64,000 nt of DNA, from the NCBI GenBank assembly GCA_964350815.1, contig CAYGKW010000003.1:26500-90499 (forward strand), given 5' to 3'. Source of the stretch: an uncultured Rhizobiaceae bacterium (GTDB lineage: Bacteria > Pseudomonadota > Alphaproteobacteria > UBA7879 > VGCX01). A program made the translations under genes and the position numbers. This document shows, piece after piece, positions 9,585 through 20,544 of the stretch. The notes under the pieces were generated by a model, which worked only from the letters and a program-made list of their open reading frames with translations, did not search any database and had not been told where the DNA came from. Positions within the stretch are counted from its first letter, which is position 1; each line of letters begins with the position of its first letter.

Positions 9585-9908
9585 TTACAGACCGTTAATC
9601 CATTCTTTCAAAGCACTTTCAGGCATAACACCTGTATGGGAACCAACTTTTTCCCCGCCTTTGAAAACCATCATTGTTGGCACCCCACGCACACCAAGGC
9701 TTGCCGGCGTATCAGGGTTGGAATCGATATCAATTTTAACAATTTTAAGGGTGTCCCCAAGTTCTTCATTTAATTTATCAATGATGGGGGATAACATCCG
9801 ACAAGGACCACACCAAGGAGCCCAAAAATCAACCAAAACTGGTTTATCTGATTTTAATACTTCCGCTTCAAAGTTGCTGTCTGTTGCATTTACAATTGTA
9901 TTGGCCAT
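9585..9908 (-). CDS. trxA: thioredoxin
   Basis: 107 aa with WAPWCGPC active site. Confidence 0.95.
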   Translation of the reverse strand: MANTIVNATDSNFEAEVLKSDKPVLVDFWAPWCGPCRMLSPIIDKLNEELGDTLKIVKIDIDSNPDTPASLGVRGVPTMMVFKGGEKVGSHTGVMPESALKEWINGL

Positions 9909-10074
9909 TCGTGTATCCTTAAAATTATTTATTAATTACTATAGTTTTAAAATATTAGATTGGGGGCGTTATTACAAGAAAAATAAGTTCAATTTTTGAT
10001 GAACATGGAATTGATTTTCGAATCACAAGTCTGTTATAAACAAGTATCAACTTTTTCATTAACAAGGAAAACCT

Positions 10075-11010
10075 ATGGCTGATCAAAAGAAAACTGATTT
10101 ATTAATTATTGGAAGTGGCCCTGCTGGATATACTGCAGCAATTTATGCGGCACGTGCGGGACTTAAGCCCTTATTGGTCACAGGCGCAGAACCTGGCGGT
10201 CAGTTAATGATTACGACAGACGTTGAAAATTACCCTGGGTTTGAAGATGCCATTCAAGGACCTTGGTTAATGGAACAAATGGAAAAACAGGCCAAAAATG
10301 TTGGTACAGAAATTATTTTTGACTACATTAACAAAGTTGATTTCTCCAAGGCCCCTTTCACCTGTACAGGGGATGTGCATGAATATGTTGCCCAATCTGT
10401 AATTATTTGCACAGGGGCCAAAGCCCGTTGGTTAGGCCTTGAAAGTGAAAAAAAATTTAAAGGATTTGGCGTATCTGCGTGTGCCACATGTGATGGAATT
10501 TTCTTTAAAGGCCAAGATGTGGCTGTTATTGGTGGGGGGAATTCTGCTGTTGAAGAAGCCATTTACCTTTCAAAGATATGCAAGTCCGTTACACTTGTTC
10601 ACCGCCGGGATAAACTGCGGGCGGAAAAGGTATTACAAGACAAACTTTTAAACACCAAGAACATCAACGTTGAATGGGATCATGAACTGGATGAAATTCT
10701 TGGAAAAGAAGATCCAAAAGAAGTCACTGGCCTTCGCCTGAAAAGTACCAAAGATGAAAAAACAAAAGAAATTAAAGTTGGGGGCGTTTTTGTTGCCATT
10801 GGTCATGATCCGGCCACAGGTATTTTTAAAGATCACCTGGACATGGATTCAGAAGGCTATTTAAAAGTTGAAAAAGGTGGTACAAAAACCAGTGTGCATG
10901 GTGTTTTTGCAGCAGGGGATGTTCAAGATAAGGTCTATCGCCAGGCCGTTACAGCAGCCGGTCAAGGGTGCATGGCCGCGCTTGAGGTTGAAAAGTTTTT
11001 ACAAGAATGA
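10075..11010 (+). CDS. trxB: thioredoxin-disulfide reductase
   Basis: 311 aa; GSGPAGYTAAIYAARA FAD motif, redox-active CATCDG, GGGNSAVEEA NADPH motif. Confidence 0.95.
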   Translation: MADQKKTDLLIIGSGPAGYTAAIYAARAGLKPLLVTGAEPGGQLMITTDVENYPGFEDAIQGPWLMEQMEKQAKNVGTEIIFDYINKVDFSKAPFTCTGDVHEYVAQSVIICTGAKARWLGLESEKKFKGFGVSACATCDGIFFKGQDVAVIGGGNSAVEEAIYLSKICKSVTLVHRRDKLRAEKVLQDKLLNTKNINVEWDHELDEILGKEDPKEVTGLRLKSTKDEKTKEIKVGGVFVAIGHDPATGIFKDHLDMDSEGYLKVEKGGTKTSVHGVFAAGDVQDKVYRQAVTAAGQGCMAALEVEKFLQE

Positions 11011-11046
11011 TATCGTACAAATCACATTAAATTATAAGGGGTTAAC

Positions 11047-12261
11047 ATGGCCAAAAAGAAATCACAAAACAAATTAATAAAGTTTATCGCTGCCAGCGTT
11101 GGTATCATTCTAGTTGGATGTTCAATTGCTTGGTATGCCGGCATGCAAAAAGTTAAAGAAATTGATGCAAAATCAATTGAATATCTTGAAGCCCACGGAT
11201 TTAAAGTTGATCGATCTGAACCATCTTATTCAGGTTTCCCTTTCAAAATTGTCCGAAAAAGGGACTATTTTAACATGACGCAAGAACGTAAAGGCACAGT
11301 GTTTACATACACAATTGAAAGTCCAGAAATTTCAGCCTGGATATTCAACCCCACGCACCTTGAATTCGATGGAAAAGTAAAAATAAGCTTAAGCAGAAAT
11401 GGTCAAACTCCTGTTGAAATTGACTTAAACAAGGCAACAGTTGATTTAACCTTAGACAAAGAAGGGCAACTGATTCAAAAAGGTTGGGCTATCAATAATA
11501 TAAATTTCACTACAAACTCTGTGGAAGGTGCTGCTGTAAAAATCAATGAAATTGCTTCAAAATCTGAATCTGAATCAAAAGGCAACAACACAGAAATCGA
11601 ATCAGAATTTATTGTAAAAAACATTGAATTGGCCACAAAAGCAAAACCAATCGTAATTGATAAGATAAAGTTAAAAGGTAAAGTTACTTCCAAATTCAAA
11701 ACTTACGAAGCCATAAGCAAGGCAATTGAATCTTTAGACACTGAATTGCGCCAAAAAATCAATGAAAGTTGTGAATCAAAATCTGGGCGATTGCCTCCGA
11801 TTGGGGACATGATGAAGGAACTTGAAGACACAAAAGCCAAAGCGTCTGGTGAAATTGAAATTAAGATAGGGAAATTTAAATTGGAAATGGACCTTAATGC
11901 AAAAATCAAAGATGGATTCCCAGATCTTGATGTTAAAATCCTGTTAGATGACTTTGATCAAATGACACAAAGCATGGTTGAGGCAGGAACACTTGATCCA
12001 TCAAGCGAACAAATTGCCCGTTTATCTTTGTCTGCTGTGGCTGACCGTGATGCGAATGAAGGTGACTATGTTATCAAAGCCTCTTTAAAAGACAGAAAAT
12101 TTGTGGTTGGCAAAAATACAATCAAAGAATTTAAACAAGTTGATTGGAATAATATTCCTGTACCTGATGATTTTTGTCAAAAACATCAAGATCGCCTAAG
12201 CCGATCTGAAGGTTTAATGTTACAAGGGCTATCCCCCTACATCAGCTACCCTGTATTTTAA
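11047..12261 (+). CDS. hypothetical lipoprotein / membrane-anchored protein
   Basis: 404 aa; N-terminal hydrophobic segment ending LVGCS (lipobox); Lys/Glu-rich repetitive body; no recognisable domain. Confidence 0.5.
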   Translation: MAKKKSQNKLIKFIAASVGIILVGCSIAWYAGMQKVKEIDAKSIEYLEAHGFKVDRSEPSYSGFPFKIVRKRDYFNMTQERKGTVFTYTIESPEISAWIFNPTHLEFDGKVKISLSRNGQTPVEIDLNKATVDLTLDKEGQLIQKGWAINNINFTTNSVEGAAVKINEIASKSESESKGNNTEIESEFIVKNIELATKAKPIVIDKIKLKGKVTSKFKTYEAISKAIESLDTELRQKINESCESKSGRLPPIGDMMKELEDTKAKASGEIEIKIGKFKLEMDLNAKIKDGFPDLDVKILLDDFDQMTQSMVEAGTLDPSSEQIARLSLSAVADRDANEGDYVIKASLKDRKFVVGKNTIKEFKQVDWNNIPVPDDFCQKHQDRLSRSEGLMLQGLSPYISYPVF

Positions 12262-12710
12262 TGACAAATATTCGTATTAAAATTTTGGATAACGGCAAGG
12301 GGCTTCCCTTGCCAGCTTACGGCACAGAACAAAGTGCTGGGGCTGATTTGGCTGCGGCTATTGACCATGATATTCATTTAATCCCTGGCCAACGTGCAAT
12401 TGTTCCTTGTGGATTTGCGATTGCTTTACCCCATAACTTCGAAGCCCAAATCCGATCCCGTTCTGGATTAAGTGCGAAACAAGGCTTGATTGTCTTAAAT
12501 GCCCCCGGCACCATTGATGCAGATTATCGTGGTGAAATCAAAGCCATTATGATTAATATGGGCGAAGAAGACCTAACAATTACACGTGGGATGCGCATTG
12601 CCCAAATGGTCATTGCCCCAGTGGTTCAAGCCAAATGGCAGACAACAAGTGACTTATCTGAAGACGAAACCACCCGCGGTTCAAGTGGGTTTGGATCTAC
12701 TGGTGTTTAA
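12261..12710 (+). CDS. dut: dUTP diphosphatase
   Basis: 149 aa; AGADL, GLIVLNAPGTIDADYRGE and C-terminal RGSSGFGSTG dUTPase motifs; start overlaps the upstream stop (TAATG). Confidence 0.95.
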   Translation: MTNIRIKILDNGKGLPLPAYGTEQSAGADLAAAIDHDIHLIPGQRAIVPCGFAIALPHNFEAQIRSRSGLSAKQGLIVLNAPGTIDADYRGEIKAIMINMGEEDLTITRGMRIAQMVIAPVVQAKWQTTSDLSEDETTRGSSGFGSTGV

Positions 12711-12725
12711 AATTTCACTTTATAG

Positions 12726-13673
<948 letters not shown>

Positions 13674-13685
13674 AAAGGTTCTAAA

Positions 13686-14855
13686 ATGAACGTTCATGAA
13701 TATCAAGCCAAACAATTATTAAAAAAATTTCACGTTCCTGTTCTTCCGGGATCTGTTGCCTTAAACCCAAGGGAGGCAATGGAGGCCGCCCGTGATATTC
13801 CATCCAATGTCTGGGTTGTAAAGGCCCAAGTTCATGCTGGAGGACGCGGTAAGGGCGGCGGGATTAAGCTTGCTAAATCTGTTGAAGAAGTTGGGGATTT
13901 AACCAAAAGTATGATTGGCATGAATCTTGTGACGCCACAAACATCCAAAGAAGGTAAGAAAGTTCGTTTTGTTTATGTGGAAAGTGGCTGCAATATTGAA
14001 ACTGAATTATATTACAGCATTTTAATTGACCGCGAAACCAAGCGCGTTACCATTGTTGCGTCATCAGAAGGCGGCGTGAATATTGAAGAAGTTGCTGAAA
14101 AAACACCTGAGAAAATCTTTAAAATTACCATTGACCCTGTGACAGGTATTTGTGGCCACCATATTCGTTACTTAAACAAAGCCCTTGGAATGCCGAAAGA
14201 AACAGCAAAGCTAATGGGCCAATTTGTTAAAAATACATACAAAGCATTTGTGGAATCGGATGCCTCTTTATTGGAAGTTAACCCCTTAGTCATCACGAAA
14301 GAAAATGATTTATATGCCTTGGATGCAAAAATGTCATTTGACAGTAATGCCTTGTATCGCCATCCAGATATTAAAATTTACCGGGATATGGACGAAGAAG
14401 ATCCAAAAGAATTAGAAGCCAGCGAATATGATCTGAACTATATTTCATTGGATGGGAATATTGGCTGTATGGTTAATGGGGCCGGCTTGGCGATGGCAAC
14501 CATGGACATCATTAAACTTCATGGCGGGGATCCGGCGAACTTTCTAGATGTTGGCGGCGGCGCCACCAAAGAAAAAGTAACAGAAGCCTTTAAAATTATT
14601 TTGGCAGACACCAAAGTCAAAGGCATCTTGGTTAATATATTCGGGGGCATCATGAAATGTGATGTTATTGCCGAAGGTATTATTGCTGCCGCCAAAGAAA
14701 CCAAACTTTCTGTGCCATTGGTTGTGCGCCTGCAAGGTACAAATGTAGAAAAAGGCAAAGAACTACTTGCCAAATCAGGGTTAAAAATTACAGCAGCCGA
14801 TGGTTTGGATGATGCTGCAAAAGAAATTGTATCTGCTGTGAAAGGGGGCAAATAA
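13686..14855 (+). CDS. sucC: succinate--CoA ligase (ADP-forming) beta subunit
   Basis: 389 aa; [13 protein letters not shown]-terminus, ATP-grasp fold, C-terminal [10 protein letters not shown]. Confidence 0.95.
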   Translation: MNVHEYQAKQLLKKFHVPVLPGSVALNPREAMEAARDIPSNVWVVKAQVHAGGRGKGGGIKLAKSVEEVGDLTKSMIGMNLVTPQTSKEGKKVRFVYVESGCNIETELYYSILIDRETKRVTIVASSEGGVNIEEVAEKTPEKIFKITIDPVTGICGHHIRYLNKALGMPKETAKLMGQFVKNTYKAFVESDASLLEVNPLVITKENDLYALDAKMSFDSNALYRHPDIKIYRDMDEEDPKELEASEYDLNYISLDGNIGCMVNGAGLAMATMDIIKLHGGDPANFLDVGGGATKEKVTEAFKIILADTKVKGILVNIFGGIMKCDVIAEGIIAAAKETKLSVPLVVRLQGTNVEKGKELLAKSGLKITAADGLDDAAKEIVSAVKGGK

Positions 14856-15727
14856 TGTCAGTCCTAATTAATAAAAATACAAAAGTTATTTGCCAAGGGT
14901 TCACTGGAAATCAAGGAACCTTTCATTCAGAACAAGCCATTGACTATGGCACAAAAATGGTTGGCGGGGTAACACCCGGTAAAGGTGGGTCAAAACATTT
15001 AGGCCTGCCTGTATTTGATTCTGTTATTGATGCCAAAGAAAAAACCAAGGCTGATGCCTCTGTTATCTATGTCCCTGCCCCCTTTGCTGCTGAATCAATT
15101 TTGGAAGCAATCGAGGCTGAAATTCCATTGGTTGTCTGTATTACTGAAGGCATTCCTGTTTTAGACATGGTTAAAGTAAAGCGCGCATTGGTTGGATCAA
15201 AAACAACCTTGATCGGTCCGAACTGTCCAGGCATCATAACGCCCAATCAATGTAAAATTGGGATTATGCCTGGCTACATCCATAAACCCGGCAAAGTTGG
15301 AATTGTTTCAAGGTCAGGCACTTTAACTTACGAAGCGGTTCATCAAACAACTGAGGCAGGCTTGGGACAATCCACCTGTATTGGTATTGGGGGGGATCCC
15401 GTTAATGGATTAAGTTTTGTTGACTGCCTAGAACTTTTTTATGCAGATCCAGAAACCGAAGCCATTGTTATGATCGGCGAAATTGGGGGAAATGCCGAAG
15501 AAGACGCCGCTGAATTCATCAAATCACAAAAGAATAAAAAGCCTGTAGTTGGCTTTATTGCTGGCCTTACAGCCCCCAAAGGGCGTACAATGGGTCATGC
15601 TGGCGCCATTATTTCTGGGGGCCAAGGGGGTGCTGAAGATAAAATCGAAGCATTAAAAAGTGCAGGTGTTATCGTATCAAAATCCCCTGCAGAAATTGGG
15701 GCAACAATGATAAAAAATTTTCAATAA
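14855..15727 (+). CDS. sucD: succinate--CoA ligase alpha subunit
   Basis: 290 aa; [11 protein letters not shown] and catalytic-His region GHAGAII; start overlaps the sucC stop. Confidence 0.95.
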   Translation: MSVLINKNTKVICQGFTGNQGTFHSEQAIDYGTKMVGGVTPGKGGSKHLGLPVFDSVIDAKEKTKADASVIYVPAPFAAESILEAIEAEIPLVVCITEGIPVLDMVKVKRALVGSKTTLIGPNCPGIITPNQCKIGIMPGYIHKPGKVGIVSRSGTLTYEAVHQTTEAGLGQSTCIGIGGDPVNGLSFVDCLELFYADPETEAIVMIGEIGGNAEEDAAEFIKSQKNKKPVVGFIAGLTAPKGRTMGHAGAIISGGQGGAEDKIEALKSAGVIVSKSPAEIGATMIKNFQ

Positions 15728-15797
15728 CCAGTTGAAAAATCCTACAAACACTTTACTTATAAGATAGATTTAACAAACACTTGGATTGGAACTATTA

Positions 15798-16589
15798 ATG
15801 CAAAAAGGCAAATTAATTTTTGAAGGCAACAACAAAAAAATTTATGAATGCAATGATTCCAATTCTTTAATTCTGCAGTTCAAAGATGGGCCAAGTTCGT
15901 TAATTCAGCTTTCAGCCCACGGCCCCATTCATGGAAACGGTATTTTGTACAACACAATTTCCGGATTCATTATGCAAAAGCTTTCAGATTTAAATATTCC
16001 CACACATTTTATTGCACAACTAAATATGCGGGAACAGATGGTTCACTGCCTGGATATGTTTCCTTTTCGTGTTGTTATGCGCAATTATGCTGCAGGTAAT
16101 ATGATGCGTAAGTTTGGCCTTATTGAAGGAACCAAATTACCAAAACCAATGATTGAATATTACATTGATGCCTTTGAAGATACCGATTCTGAAAACATGT
16201 GCTTGATTGACAAGTCCCATATTGAAAGTATGGGTTGGGCCACGAAAGAAGAAATTGATCAAATTGAAGAAGCCACAAAGCGGGCCAATGATTTTATGAA
16301 TGGTTTGTTTTCAGGTATTAAACTTAAATTGGCAAATTTCAGCCTAAGTTTTGGCCGTCATTTTTCTTATGAAGAAGAAGACATCAAAGTTATGATTGGT
16401 AATGAAATTTCCCCAAAAACGTGTCGTCTGTGGGAAGATACCAGTGAAAATAAATTTAAATTTAGATACATCAGTTTATTAGAAGTTGCCGAACGTCTAA
16501 AACTTTTGCCCCAACACGCAGAAAATTCAAAAGAAAATTCTAAACCTGATACAAAACAAGACATTTACAAACTTAGTGATAAGGTATAA
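15798..16589 (+). CDS. SAICAR synthetase (PurC) family protein with degenerate active-site motifs and a C-terminal extension
   Basis: Aligns along its length with E. coli PurC (MQKGKLIFEG vs MQKQAELYRG; VMRNYAAGNMMRKFGLIEG vs VVRNRAAGSLVKRLGIEEG), but the canonical LVDFKLEFG is LANFSLSFG and GDEFSPD is GNEISPK; ATG at 15798 preferred over TTG at 15786. Confidence 0.65.
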   Translation: MQKGKLIFEGNNKKIYECNDSNSLILQFKDGPSSLIQLSAHGPIHGNGILYNTISGFIMQKLSDLNIPTHFIAQLNMREQMVHCLDMFPFRVVMRNYAAGNMMRKFGLIEGTKLPKPMIEYYIDAFEDTDSENMCLIDKSHIESMGWATKEEIDQIEEATKRANDFMNGLFSGIKLKLANFSLSFGRHFSYEEEDIKVMIGNEISPKTCRLWEDTSENKFKFRYISLLEVAERLKLLPQHAENSKENSKPDTKQDIYKLSDKV

Positions 16590-16591
16590 AA

Positions 16592-16822
16592 ATGGCTTTA
16601 ACAGAAAATGAAATTGTTAAGTATATTAAAGAGGCGCTGCCTGATGCTGAAATAAAAATTCAGGACTTGGCTGGTGACGGTGACCATTATGCAGTCAAAG
16701 TGATTTCTTCGGCTTTCAAAGGAAAATCACGCGTTCAGCAACATCAAATGGTATACAAGGCAATGAAAGGCCATATGGGCAGCACTTTGCATGCCATGGC
16801 TTTAAAAACTGAGGAAAAATAA
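16592..16822 (+). CDS. BolA family protein
   Basis: 76 aa; BolA-like helix-turn with conserved ...HALALKT C-terminal motif; immediately upstream of monothiol glutaredoxin, a conserved pairing. Confidence 0.8.
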   Translation: MALTENEIVKYIKEALPDAEIKIQDLAGDGDHYAVKVISSAFKGKSRVQQHQMVYKAMKGHMGSTLHAMALKTEEK

Positions 16823-16823
16823 A

Positions 16824-17153
16824 ATGGAAAACCCCCCAATTTTTAAATTGATTGAAAAACAGATCAAAGATAACGATGTGGTTTTATTTATGAAGGGAAC
16901 CCCAAATTTTCCTATGTGTGGTTTTTCTTCTGTTGTTTCCCAAGTTCTTCAAAACTTAGAAGTTGAATTTCATCCCGTTAATGTGATGGAAGATCCTGAA
17001 ATGCGCCAAGGTATAAAAGAATTTAGTGACTGGCCCACCATCCCACAACTATACGTCAAAGGGGAATTTATTGGGGGGTGTGACATCATTCGTGAAATGT
17101 ATAATGATGGTGACCTTCAAACCTTATTAAAAGAAAAGAAAATTATAAACTAA
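16824..17153 (+). CDS. grxD: monothiol glutaredoxin Grx4
   Basis: 109 aa with CGFS active site and VVLFMKGTP motif. Confidence 0.9.
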   Translation: MENPPIFKLIEKQIKDNDVVLFMKGTPNFPMCGFSSVVSQVLQNLEVEFHPVNVMEDPEMRQGIKEFSDWPTIPQLYVKGEFIGGCDIIREMYNDGDLQTLLKEKKIIN

Positions 17154-17154
17154 C

Positions 17155-18642
17155 ATGACTGAAAAATTATCAACAGAAAATCAATTACGCGACATTCGCA
17201 TACAGAAAATTGAAAAACTTAAGGAAATGGGCCTTAACCCCTACCCTTATAAATATGAAAGATCTGCCATTGCAAAAGATCTTCATGAAAAATACAAAGA
17301 CTTAGAAGATGACGAAGAAACAACTGATGTTGTGCGCATTGCCGGTCGTATTATGGCCATTCGCAACAGCGGTATGTTTATTGATTTGCTTGATGAATCA
17401 GGTCGCATTCAAGTATTCACCCATAAAAACAGCGCCAGCGAAGAAATTCTGGCACTGGCAAAACTTTTGGATATGGGGGATTGGATTGGAATTGAAGGTA
17501 TTGTCCGTCGTACAAAACGCGGGGAATTAACCATCAATACACAAAACATGGAATTGTTGTGTAAATCCCTGTTACCTTTACCGGAAAAATATCATGGGCT
17601 GACGGATATCGAAAAACGGTATCGCCAGCGCTATATCGACTTAATTGTTACCCCTGAAAGTCGTCAGCGCCTGCGTACACGCAGCCAAATTATTTCTGAC
17701 ATCCGTAATTATTTAACAAATGAAGGGTTTTTAGAAGTTGAAACTCCTATGCTACATGTCATCCCAGGGGGGGCAACGGCAAAGCCATTTGTGACCCATC
17801 ACAATGCATACGGCATGGATATGTATTTACGTGTGGCACCTGAATTACACCTAAAACGTCTTATTATCGGTGGGTTATCTGATAAAGTTTTTGAAATCAA
17901 TCGTTGTTTCAGAAACGAAGGGGTTTCCCCGCGCCATAACCCTGAATTTACCATGGTTGAAATGTATCAAGCCTTTGCTGATTTTGAAACCATGATGGAT
18001 TTAACAGAAAATATTGTTATTCATATTTGTGAAAAAGTATTGGGAACGTATGAAATTCCGTATGGCGACACCACCATTAATTTCAAAGGGCCTTGGCAAC
18101 GCAAAAGCATGATGACTTTGGTTAAAGAGGCAACGGGCATTGATTTCGATATTTTCAAAACAGCAGAAGAAGCCCTTGCAGCAGCCAAAAATATTGGCGG
18201 TATTCCCTTAAAAGGTACTGAATCTTGGGGCCATGTGGTTGAGGCCGTGTTTGCAGAAAAAGTTGAACCCAATTTGATTCAACCCACCCATGTGACCGAA
18301 CTTCCTTTAGATATTTCACCATTGGCAAAGGTGCATCGCAGCAACCCACGTCTAACAGAACGCTTTGAAACTTTTGTTAATACCTGGGAAATTGCGAATG
18401 CCTTTTCAGAATTAAATGATCCCATTGATCAACATCAACGCTTTGAAGGTCAAGTTGCCCAGCGTGAAGCCGGCGATGAAGAAGCCCAACACATGGACGC
18501 TGACTTTATTAATGCCTTGGAACATGGAATGCCGCCAACAGGTGGTTTAGGTATTGGGATTGACCGTTTGATTATGCTTTTGACAAATGCAACAAGTATA
18601 AGGGATGTGATTGCCTTCCCAACAATGAAGCCCAAAGATTAA
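17155..18642 (+). CDS. lysS: lysine--tRNA ligase (class II)
   Basis: 495 aa; OB-fold anticodon-binding N-domain, class II motifs (FRNEG, GGLGIGIDRL). Confidence 0.95.
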   Translation: MTEKLSTENQLRDIRIQKIEKLKEMGLNPYPYKYERSAIAKDLHEKYKDLEDDEETTDVVRIAGRIMAIRNSGMFIDLLDESGRIQVFTHKNSASEEILALAKLLDMGDWIGIEGIVRRTKRGELTINTQNMELLCKSLLPLPEKYHGLTDIEKRYRQRYIDLIVTPESRQRLRTRSQIISDIRNYLTNEGFLEVETPMLHVIPGGATAKPFVTHHNAYGMDMYLRVAPELHLKRLIIGGLSDKVFEINRCFRNEGVSPRHNPEFTMVEMYQAFADFETMMDLTENIVIHICEKVLGTYEIPYGDTTINFKGPWQRKSMMTLVKEATGIDFDIFKTAEEALAAAKNIGGIPLKGTESWGHVVEAVFAEKVEPNLIQPTHVTELPLDISPLAKVHRSNPRLTERFETFVNTWEIANAFSELNDPIDQHQRFEGQVAQREAGDEEAQHMDADFINALEHGMPPTGGLGIGIDRLIMLLTNATSIRDVIAFPTMKPKD

Positions 18643-18645
18643 GGT

Positions 18646-20358
18646 ATGAAAGAAAAAATATTTAAAATTATATCCAACCCGAATACCCCCTATTGGAAAG
18701 ATTTTTTTATCCTATTTTTAATTCTTGGCCCTATTCTATTTGGCTTTCTTGATCTGCGTCCCTTTGCCGTTCCGGATGAAGGCCGTTACGTTGAAATCCC
18801 AAGGGAAATGGCTGTAACAGGTGATTATATTACCCCGCGCCTGAATGGGCTTAAGTATTTTGAAAAGCCCCCGTTAATGTATTGGGTCCAAAGCTTTTTT
18901 ATTAAATCTTTCGGCCTCAAAGAGTGGGCAATGCGTTTGCCACTTGCGATCATGGGCTTATTTGGATGCTTTATGATTTATGCCGCGGGGCGTTTTTTGT
19001 TTAATCGTTCTTCTGGATTAATTGCTGCAACTATATTGGGATCCAGCCTACTTTATATTGTGTTATCCCAATTGATCACCTTGGATATGGGCGTTTCTTT
19101 TTTTCTAACGGCTTGTTTATTATCCTTCATAACAGCGGTCAATTTACAAAATTCCCAGCGCCGTCTATTTATGTATTGTGCTGCCATTTTTGCGGCTTTG
19201 TCCGTTTTAACGAAAGGGCTTATTGGATTGGCCTTGCCTGGTTTAATTGTTCTTATCTGGATAACCTTAACAAATAACTGGAAATTACTGGGCCAACTTT
19301 ATTTGCCCACCAGTATCTTAATATTTTTTGCAATCGCCACCCCGTGGCATATTTTGGTCAGCCTTAAAAACCCAGAATTTTTTGATTTTTATTTTATTAA
19401 TGAACATTTCAACCGCTTTTTAACCACGGTTCACCGCCGGTATCAACCTTTTTGGTTTTTTGTTCCCATTATCATTGCGGGGTTTATGCCTTGGACATCT
19501 TTCATGATCAAAGCCCTGTATAAAAGCATAAAATCTGCAAAGAAAAACCCCAATATTTTATTCTTTTTGCTTTGGACCCTTGTTCCTTTTGTCTTTTTCA
19601 GCCTGTCCAATTCAAAATTAATTCCTTATATTTTACCAATTTTTCCAGCCTTGGCCTTAATAACAGCAAACCACATATCGGATTGCATTCAAAAAAAGCA
19701 AAGCCTGCGATTTGAAATATTTGTTTTCAGTGGGATCTGTCTGGCCATTATGTTGGCCGGTTTTTATGGCATCCAAAGAATTGATTTGGACCTGTTTCTT
19801 AAATTAAAACCTTATATTATTCTTTTGTACTTTATTCTTGGGTTTTCGGCTGTAATACCCCCCATCCTTCGCATTTGGAAGGGAAATTTCTGGGCCTTTT
19901 GTTCAATTTTGGCCAGTGGACTTCTTATTATTATCACGGCAAATCTTGCATCTGTTCATGCCAACAAAATTTCCATCAAGCCTTTGGTTGCAAAGCTTAA
20001 AGCAATTATGCCGGAAGACACCAAAATCATCAGTTATTCAACGTATTATCACGATTTACCGGTTTACTTGAACAAGCTTATTACCATTCATAATTGGACA
20101 AATGAACTGGAATTTGGCCAAAAGATGGAGCCCCATAAGACACAGCGCCTAACCTATAATCATCAAGATGTGATTGATGCCTGGCAAAGCAAGGATTATG
20201 TTTGTATGTTTACAAAGCTTGAACTTTACAACAATAACTTAATTAATCAAAAATGGTTTACGCCCATGATCCTTGGCCAGCATGATAATCAAATACTGGT
20301 TTGCAATCGTATCCCCGAAGAGGCCTTGCAAAAATCTGCACAAGAAAAAATGCAATAA
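18646..20358 (+). CDS. arnT: undecaprenyl phosphate-alpha-4-amino-4-deoxy-L-arabinose arabinosyl transferase (GT83, ArnT-like)
   Basis: 570 aa polytopic membrane protein; DEGRYVEIPREMAVTGDYITPRLNGLKYFEKPPLMYW closely matches the ArnT periplasmic-loop signature. Confidence 0.85.
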   Translation: MKEKIFKIISNPNTPYWKDFFILFLILGPILFGFLDLRPFAVPDEGRYVEIPREMAVTGDYITPRLNGLKYFEKPPLMYWVQSFFIKSFGLKEWAMRLPLAIMGLFGCFMIYAAGRFLFNRSSGLIAATILGSSLLYIVLSQLITLDMGVSFFLTACLLSFITAVNLQNSQRRLFMYCAAIFAALSVLTKGLIGLALPGLIVLIWITLTNNWKLLGQLYLPTSILIFFAIATPWHILVSLKNPEFFDFYFINEHFNRFLTTVHRRYQPFWFFVPIIIAGFMPWTSFMIKALYKSIKSAKKNPNILFFLLWTLVPFVFFSLSNSKLIPYILPIFPALALITANHISDCIQKKQSLRFEIFVFSGICLAIMLAGFYGIQRIDLDLFLKLKPYIILLYFILGFSAVIPPILRIWKGNFWAFCSILASGLLIIITANLASVHANKISIKPLVAKLKAIMPEDTKIISYSTYYHDLPVYLNKLITIHNWTNELEFGQKMEPHKTQRLTYNHQDVIDAWQSKDYVCMFTKLELYNNNLINQKWFTPMILGQHDNQILVCNRIPEEALQKSAQEKMQ

Positions 20359-20478
20359 CGACGTCCTGTTTTTTAATCCTTCCCATAACATATTGAGTTA
20401 ACAAGAGGACGAGGCATAAGAGACGACGCCTACGAATGGTAGGCAAGGAACGCAATAACGACGTCCTATTTTTTAATC
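20352..20478. repeat. 27-bp direct repeat (GCAATAACGACGTCCTRTTTTTTAATC) at 20352-20378 and 20452-20478, flanking a 73-bp spacer
   Basis: Two copies with one mismatch; copy 1 spans the arnT stop codon and T-tract, copy 2 sits upstream of arnB. Confidence 0.7.
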
Positions 20479-20544
20479 ACTATGTTATAAAATTTTTCTG
20501 GGCGATTATTGAACTTTATGCTATTTTCTAGATGCTGAAGGAGT

